A DNA stretch of 63,160 bases, filler included, from Circinaria calcarea (lineage: Eukaryota), in NCBI GenBank assembly GCA_051942165.1. It is 3 parts of 3 records of this genome, joined end to end, with 100 filler letters (N's around TTAATTAATTAA, not from the genome) between each part and the next. Parts side by side here need not be neighbours in the genome. Positions count along the whole stretch, not along the records: positions 42,214 to 63,160 come from JAVECS010000155.1; 2 more parts are not named here. The stretch is one strand, 5' to 3'. The translations under genes were made by a program, and so were the position numbers. The notes beneath the pieces are model-generated. The model did no database searches. It saw only the letters and a program-made list of their open reading frames with translations, and was not told the DNA's origin. Positions 62,957 through 63,160 of this stretch are shown piece after piece (the first letter of the stretch is position 1; each line of letters starts with the position of its first letter).

Positions 62957-63160
62957 CTAAAATCCGCCGGCGCAAATACCAATTAGCCCCCTTTGCTTAC
63001 TCTTTCTTCTCCCGTTCCTCTCCACCAACCTAACCCTTCCCTTTTCCTTCCCCGCTCCCCCCCCCAAACAAAAAAAAACATCCGAAGCCCCAAAGAGCCC
63101 CAGTGACCAGAAAAAGAAAGAAAGAAAGGAAGGAAGAGAAGAAAAAATCCACCTACGAAC

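Overview
This is eukaryotic DNA from a filamentous ascomycete (Pezizomycotina-type short GT-AG introns with CTAAC/CTAAT branch sites). It is assembled from three contigs joined by artificial 100-bp N44-TTAATTAATTAA-N44 linkers. Most of the window is ordinary fungal gene content: RIT1, an MBOAT_2 acyltransferase, a BTB gene, DNA polymerase X (POL4), a CBM48/AMPK-CBM protein, IWR1, a Myb-like protein, PLAC8, CIA30, hmgA, a GH13 alpha-glucosidase, an ACS-family MFS transporter, a Cys-rich cell-surface protein, mitochondrial ProRS, DUF1348, an MpaB-like oxygenase and the last exon of the complex I ESSS subunit. The unusual part is about 2.9-18.0 kb between RIT1 and the MBOAT gene. It holds a head-to-tail, all-minus-strand array of at least eight strongly diverged copies or fragments (P1-P8) of one gene family that I cannot assign to a known domain. 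The copies share intron positions, a short PAVYHxxIRxxL...GTY exon, a ~110-aa core and, in some copies, an acidic tract plus a PTRxxY...TDP module. Only P3 (7549-9716) reads as intact. P8 has a single in-frame stop, and the others carry frameshifts, deletions and C-to-T type stops. All family assignments come from motif recognition by eye, not from database searches.
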